Origin: Zootoca vivipara
Taxonomy: Eukaryota
Direction: 5' to 3'
Length of the DNA stretch: 64,000 nucleotides
NCBI RefSeq assembly: GCF_963506605.1
Contig: NC_083288.1
Span: 22,010,001-22,074,000, forward strand
Below are positions 62,549-64,000 of this stretch, one piece after another. The first letter of the stretch is position 1; each line of letters begins with the position of its first letter. The translations under genes were made by a program, and so were the position numbers. Below the pieces are notes generated by a model. The model was given only the letters and a program-made list of their open reading frames with translations, did not search any database and was not told the origin of the DNA.

Positions 62549-62880
62549 TGTTACACACCACCCAAATCTCCAAGCACGCTTACCCAGGGTTTGTATTTCC
62601 TTTTGGAAAATGAGGCACAACGGAGACTGTGGTGTCTTTATAACAGATGGTTTGCTTACATATATATACAACCTGAACCTACCACAGAGGGGTTCACAGC
62701 ATTAACATGCCAAGAGATCCTGGCTTTTCCCATAGCCACAGCAGCCGTGAACTTACAGACCCCGACCATTACTCTCAAACGTTACTCTCTGACTCTCTCT
62801 CCGACTCTCTCTCCAGCCCGCTGCTGACTAACTCCATTGCATAATTCCCAACTGCAATCTCTGAACTCTAACCTATAACA
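62549..62880. mobile_element. Possible solo LTR
   Basis: TGTTA...TAACA ends and internal gactctctct repeats; no matching TSD. Confidence 0.3.
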
Positions 62881-64000
62881 CTGGCAGCAAGGCCCCTCAT
62901 CTGCAAAATAGATTTGTCCTTGATCCTTTGTGTTGTCTTGTGTTGTCTTGTCTTGTCTTGTGTTGTGTTGAGGCTATCACCTCAAAAGGAAATTAGCCTG
63001 ACTTAATTAGCTTTTAGTACTTGTCAAGCCCCCTAGGATTAAAGAGGTGTCTGACACGCAGCTTAATATACATAGGTCCTGATTAGGTTCTAACATGTGC
63101 AAATCTGACACAAAGTTTTAACACACAAATTAAATTCTACCACCACCTCGATCTGGAATTTAGGGTGTCTTGCACCCACCAACTCATAAAAATACTTTGC
63201 TGCATTCACACTCCTGTTTACTGTGCACTCACTTCTGGGTTCTTAATCTGCATTCACATGACATTAGCCAAAATGCATACATATTCTGTACTTCATTACG
63301 GTTTGATGTGTTGTTTCTCAAAGAAGCTTCACACCAATTGGATTTATTCTTTTTCTTGGAGCAGTAGCAAGTCTTTTAGGAGGAGAAGTAGAATAAAGGA
63401 GGGAGGCCTTGACCACTTCAGCCATTTCGCATTTATTAAAAGTAAGACCTGCCATTGAAAAGTCTACAATTTCTCTTCCCAATATTCATTTGATTTTTTT
63501 TGGGGGGGGGTGCATTTTCACCCCACTTCCACAAAATGTAAAATAACAAGATTGGCAAAATGATTCCACCCTGCTTTCACTGACATGTGGTGGTTCTCCA
63601 GGGTCCCAGGCAGAAGATTTTTCCCAGCCTTACCTGGGGACATCAGGAATCAAACCTGCGACCTTCTGCATTCAAAACATGTGCTCTATTGCCAAGCTAT
63701 GATCCCATCACCTTTACTGTTTTTTTAAAATGCCTACAACCATAACCAGGCAGCAGATTTTCAGAAAAATAATTATTTTAAATCAAAGCAGGCCCCAGGT
63801 TGGAAGAGTGCTTTCCTCCTCCTCTTAACACAGGAGGGATGGCATTTGCTGTAGAAGGTCTGGTTCAGAACCAAAAACAAAAGGAATAAAGCATGTGTTT
63901 TTTTCCTATGGAACTACTGCTCAAACGTAACAAAATTCATTCTGATACAATTGATGAACTGACTGGGTTACAGCTCATGCTGCTAATCCGCTGAAGCTGC

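Overview
This is eukaryotic, repeat-rich vertebrate DNA, almost certainly from a squamate and probably a lacertid lizard (inferred from Sauria SINEs, BovB, L2, CR1 and lizard-type MITEs). I recognise no intact cellular protein-coding gene. Most ORFs in the track are spurious or come from transposons. The window reads as intronic or upstream regulatory DNA, with several minus-strand exon-like segments of a gene I cannot identify. Best-supported points of interest: (1) three Penelope-like insertions with 12-13 bp target-site duplications (TSDs), two of them with inverted arms carrying minimal hammerhead-ribozyme motifs; (2) a 2.1-kb poly(A) retroposon with an 18-bp TSD, a GC-rich 5' leader, one short acidic ORF and no reverse transcriptase (RT), nested with a hAT-type MITE inside a Sauria SINE; (3) an intronless RAD50 retrocopy containing only the 5' end, apparently splitting an old CR1 3' end; (4) a triple nest of RTE LINE > Tigger-like MITE > 90-bp hAT MITE. 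There are no prokaryotic systems, CRISPR arrays, rRNA or true tRNA genes. Repeat family names come from motif recognition and need Dfam/Repbase confirmation.
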